Positions 59,715 through 64,000 of a stretch of DNA of 64,000 nt are shown in pieces; position 1 is the first letter of the stretch; each line of letters opens with the position of its first letter. Made by a program: the position numbers and the translations under genes. Location of the stretch: contig RDEW01000011.1 in NCBI GenBank assembly GCA_011109175.1, positions 1,236,209 through 1,300,208 of the forward strand, in the 5' to 3' direction. Origin of the DNA: Dicyema japonicum (lineage: Eukaryota > Animalia > Dicyemida). The notes beneath the pieces were generated by a model. That model was not told the origin of the DNA. It saw nothing but the letters and a program-made list of their open reading frames with translations, and did not search any database.

Positions 59715-60110
59715 GCATAACAACTATGTAGTAGTTTAGCAGCGAGACAACATACTCATTTAATGCTAGGAACAAATTCCTTGCATTTAGAGACTCTCAA
59801 AGAATCCCCTTGAATAGATCCCCATGAAGTAAAGCTCCTCGGCTGTTCGAGCATACATCTTCAGGTCATCAATAAAAAGAAGTGATTTGTACTGAAACTA
59901 ACACCCTCACAATAAACTGGAATTTGCTCAAACCAGTCATTGAAGGGGCGACTCAATGGATCCAAATAGAGAACAAAGAGCAGCGGAGATATGCTATCCC
60001 CATGAAGGATCCCCATCTTGAGTTTTGCCTCGCCTATCCTGTACCTATTATAGTTCAGATGAATGTTCCACCTATTAATCACAGCCACTACAGGCATGCA
60101 AAGCCTTTGT
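59715..60110 (-). mobile_element. R4-like RT fragment
   Basis: Close nucleotide match to 55590-56135 (GILHGDSISPLLFVLYLDPLSR), with an internal deletion. Confidence 0.85.
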
Positions 60111-60114
60111 AACA

Positions 60115-60580
60115 ATAATAATAACAACACAGATCACGGTTACACAAACTAACTAATCACGTGATCCCAGCACGCTCTAGCAGAGACCTTATCTTGACCC
60201 GATGCTCCTCCCTCGCCCCCACACAAGCGCGTTTCGGTCGAGTGACTGGACCTTCGCAGTCACGATGGCGCGAACCGTGGTTCATTCGTATCAAGGCTTC
60301 AAGAGGCTGGAGTTTCCTGAGATCCAGCGTTCTGTGATTTTGGAGGCTCTTTTCCGTCTAGCCTCGATCTTCAAGACATTCGTTCAAGAGATGAGGCATT
60401 TCACAACATTAGTTTTCTTTTCGCATTTCGTAATTACGTTTTCAATATGGGGCGAGAATGACACATGCATGTCAAAAGTCACCCCAAAAATCCTTTGGGA
60501 TGTTCTGAAAGGAATAGCTTCATTGTTTGCCTTCAGTTCGACCGTCCGTCTTCCAATCTGTGTAGGGAATCGATAAGGTA
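60115..60580 (-). mobile_element. Vingi-like 3' fragment
   Basis: Conserved terminus and tail at 60115-60185; upstream homology to 50278-50772. Confidence 0.75.
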
Positions 60581-61479
60581 AAAATGATCAACTGAATCGT
60601 AAACCTTCTTTGAATAATTCAATAATGTAATTTTTAATTTATTTATTTTCTTACTAATAAATTCTATAAATAAATGGTATAAATGTTCTAACCACAATCA
60701 TTAACATAAAACGTGTTTGGTTTAGTGTTATGTAAAAGAACCAATAATCAATATATAACACATCGAAGATGTATGCTCTACGATCAAGACGAATACGAAA
60801 TACAGAATGATCGACTGTTTTGTTTCTATTCAATAAAATATTCAATCCATAAGTGCTACAACAAAGAATAAATCTATAAGATATCTTTTCAGAGATATCG
60901 AATGTCCTCCAGATGTTGCTACCACAAGGTATTCTTGGATAAATTTTAGTGAGTTAGCTGGCTTGTTGCAGTAAATTACTATTTCTGAAGTCACCTCGCC
61001 GTATGTGATATAATTAGTTCCTTTGACTGTTAAGGAATTCTACAAACGAAATCAATTCAAATAGCACAAATCTACTCTCGTTAAGACCAATAGTTTTGAA
61101 CTATTATGGATTAGATCAGTTGCTCAGAGTTGCATCAAAAAATTACAATTAATAAGCATATAAAGAGGGATGAAATATTTGTTTTTGTGGAGATCCAGCG
61201 GAAGTAGAGAAATATTTTACGAAGAGACAAGAACATAATGAAATTACATAGTTGACCAAGAATTTCAAAATGTGAAATGACTATTAAGATTTGAACGGAT
61301 ACACTGTAGACATGAAACGTTGGAGATCAGTAAAAAATTATTAATTAAAAAAATCAGAAATTTCAAAGACACTAATGTGGTAAACTATGTGATTATGAGG
61401 TATACCAAATAGTAGAAATTTTTTGTTTTAATAATAGGAGAGAAGACGGATGCCGGATGCAATTCTCTACAGGATTGAA

Positions 61480-61845
61480 CGAAGGCTTGCTTAGGAAAGA
61501 TGCGTGTCACGCTATTGACTCTGGATTAGGCAGAAGCTCGAAATTTTGAAGCCTTTCCAATTACGTCCTCTTAACTGTAAATCTTTGTAATATTTTTTAA
61601 ATGCAATATATTTTTTTAAAATTAAAATTATCAATTTATTTTTAAAATTATAAATAATTAGGACGACAGAACGGCGAAGGTGTTATCTCTGATAATCTCC
61701 ATTTCGAGCCTCTGCCCAACCAGAGACCCTTACATCTTTCTGAGGCGAGTTTGCTTCCAATGCTGGAGAGAAAGGCGTCCGTCTTCGATCCCACGGTTCC
61801 AGTTGTCTACACAACAATGGCGGAGAAATGGTATTGGATTCCGAG
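61480..61845. mobile_element. Two convergent CRE-like 3' remnants
   Basis: Plus strand LWIRQKLEI (about 61520) and minus strand TTGTVG...LWLGQRLEMEIIRDN (61665-61845; frameshifted). Confidence 0.55.
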
Positions 61846-61960
61846 GGATTCGTATTTATATATTTTTTAAATGCAATATATTTTTTAAATGAAATATATA
61901 TTTAAATGCAAATCATTTATTTAAATGCAATATATTTTTTAAATGCAATATTTTTTTGTT
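61590..61960 (+). repeat. AT-rich ~19-bp minisatellite (TTTTTTAAATGCAATATAT) on both sides of a CRE remnant
   Basis: One copy at about 61593-61615 and about five copies at 61860-61955. Confidence 0.7.
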
Positions 61961-62969
61961 TACAAATGCTTTAATGCTATTTACTATAATATAAATTTTA
62001 ACTGCTTTAAAAAATTTCCATGATTTTAATTATTTTTTGTTAAATTTATTTCAATTATTAGTTATATTCATACTTTTTAGATTTAAATTTCCTATAAGGG
62101 GAGCATTATTTGATCGAATCTAAATTTAATATTCTGTTATCACAACAGCGCTTAGATAAAACTTTTCCTACTTATTTTCAAAAGCTTAATTGTCTTTCTT
62201 AATGAAATTTTCTGATACCCTAATATTAAATATGATTACTGTTAATATATAAAATATGTTAAGGTGTTAAATTATACAAATTTAATATACTGCTTCTTAA
62301 TTTTAAAATTCATGATAAATTAATATTAGTAAATTATCAAATGCAACTAATTATAAAACGGAGGGAGATTCCCAGTAATAAAACGATACAAATCGGCCTC
62401 TAAAGCTCTAAAAACAGCATAGGCTTCACTCTAAACATAAATTGAAATTAACCTCATCAACTTTACAATTATTTATTTCTTCAATTAAAAGATCTACGTT
62501 AATTTTTTTATTACCTCTTTCTTGATTGTTTTTATTTAAAGCTATAAAATTCGCTAGTTAACTCTGCGTGTCGGTTGTTGATATTACAATAAATTTCATG
62601 TTGTTCCATGTATTCGTCATACATTTCTCTAAGAATTCTCTGCCGATCCATTTGCGTGTTCATCTAATTTTTTGTTTATATAATATTTGTATATTTTACA
62701 AGGTCATAATTGTAGTCATAACATCTAAGTAGACGTAATTTATTTTAGCAATTTTGTCATTTTTTATATTTTCCGGTTATTATTTCAAATGAGGATATAA
62801 GTTTTTTCTAAGTTATGTAATATTTTAGATGTTTCACTCGTATGATAATCTTGTTTTAATATTTTTTTTATTTACTCAAATATTGCGACATAAATATAAA
62901 CTTGACTAAATTATCTATTTTCTATCATAAAATTAGTTATTTAGAATAAAAATAATTTTTAATTTCATT

Positions 62970-63213
62970 ATACGTCGGCGGAGAAGGCCAAACTCGTTAA
63001 ATACGTCGACCTTCCCGATGATGTAAAATTTGTTCCCCTTGCTATGGAGACTTCCGGATCCTACTCCCCTTCTACACGAAAGTTTTTCGGACGTCTTGGA
63101 AATCGGATCACCTCATGCACTGGAGATCCCCCGTGAACGCCGCTGGCTTTTGAGCGAATTTCGCTCGCAATTTTGAGAGGGAACAGCCACGCAGTGAGGG
63201 CGGCAACTACCTG
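62970..63213 (+). mobile_element. CRE-like RLE 3' end
   Basis: AEKAKLVKYVDL..KFVPLAMETSG...TGDP...ERISLAILRGNSHAV...*. Confidence 0.8.
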
Positions 63214-63409
63214 ACTTCTATTGTTTAAGTTTATTTAATGAACCATAAAAAAATTTCATTATTAAAATTTTTATTTTTTATATCTGGTTTGTCGTGTGAG
63301 AAAATGGAAGAGGGTGGACATACTTTTAGAACCATTTCGAAAAAACGAAAAACTTTTTACTACCTGGCAACTCAGTGTGGTAGAATGTTATAAAGTGATT
63401 ATGTGAGAA

Positions 63410-63540
63410 CTTACAATGAAGTTTTAAAATGCATACATCTCCATCTATAAGGAGTATTTGGAATCAAAAGAATATAAATGTGAAGTGAGATTCAGTTCTG
63501 TAAACTCTAATATCGTAGAATATTAAGATAGAGTCAATAC
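63410..63540 (-). mobile_element. Short R4-like remnant
   Basis: Nucleotide match to 56430-56535. Confidence 0.6.
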
Positions 63541-63689
63541 GTCAATCCTGAATGAAACGACACTACATTTCACAGAATTTTGAACAACAAAAATAAGTCA
63601 AACTTTTGTATTAATACTGGAGCATTCAAATGCATGTAACAGTTGCAATATCTCGGCGTTTATGTCAATTAAAAGGTTTCCTTTTAGAC

Positions 63690-64000
63690 TACATTAAGAA
63701 AAAAAGCTACCGGTGAAATCGCTATTTCGTTATTGAAAAATTAAAAATGAATTTGAACAATTAAAAGAAATCAAGAAAAATTATCAAATTTCTAAAAAAA
63801 TACAAAGCACTCGAATGTGTAGATTCTGAAAGACACATAAATAAACGAATCATGGAAGATAAAATTCAGAAATTTTATGTTTATGTTGAAGAAATTTACG
63901 ATATTATCTAGAAAGCTCACCTACAAACTGGCCATGGTGGACGTTATAGAATGGTCAATGAACTTTCAAAAAATAGTAACATTAATCGTCAGACAATTAT
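63690..64000 (+). mobile_element. KRBA2/SCAND3-like integrase N-terminal remnant, running off the window
   Basis: YVEEIYDII*KAHLQTGHGGRYRMVNELSK matches the integrase zinc-binding H...GHGGRDRM pattern; contains an in-frame stop. Confidence 0.65.

Overview
AT-rich eukaryotic (animal) genomic DNA, not prokaryotic, so the bacterial-style ORF track only shows fragments of genes. I could model eight host genes by hand, all split by very small spliceosomal introns (mostly 21-26 nt): COQ6, an orphan coiled-coil protein, a PP2A B'' subunit, an SLC4 anion exchanger, a PTPN3/4-like FERM-PDZ phosphatase, UFC1, unc-13 and hunchback. A ninth gene, a divergent sigma-1 receptor/ERG2 homologue, is intronless. 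Tiny introns plus a hunchback orthologue suggest a reduced protostome parasite such as a dicyemid (inference). Host genes sit in ultra-compact, co-oriented clusters with 60-156 nt spacers. Between clusters lie dense beds of decayed and nested transposons: Ingi/Vingi-like LINEs (one with a 2A-like motif), RTE, CRE-like and R4-like LINEs, Tigger/pogo, Buster-type hAT, a tRNA-derived SINE, and TGT...ACA TIR elements with 5-bp TSDs (Ginger-like). Many 100-250 bp near-identical tandem duplications, often joined by a single N, look like assembly artefacts. All protein identities come from recalled family motifs; no searches were run. Boundaries of decayed elements are approximate.
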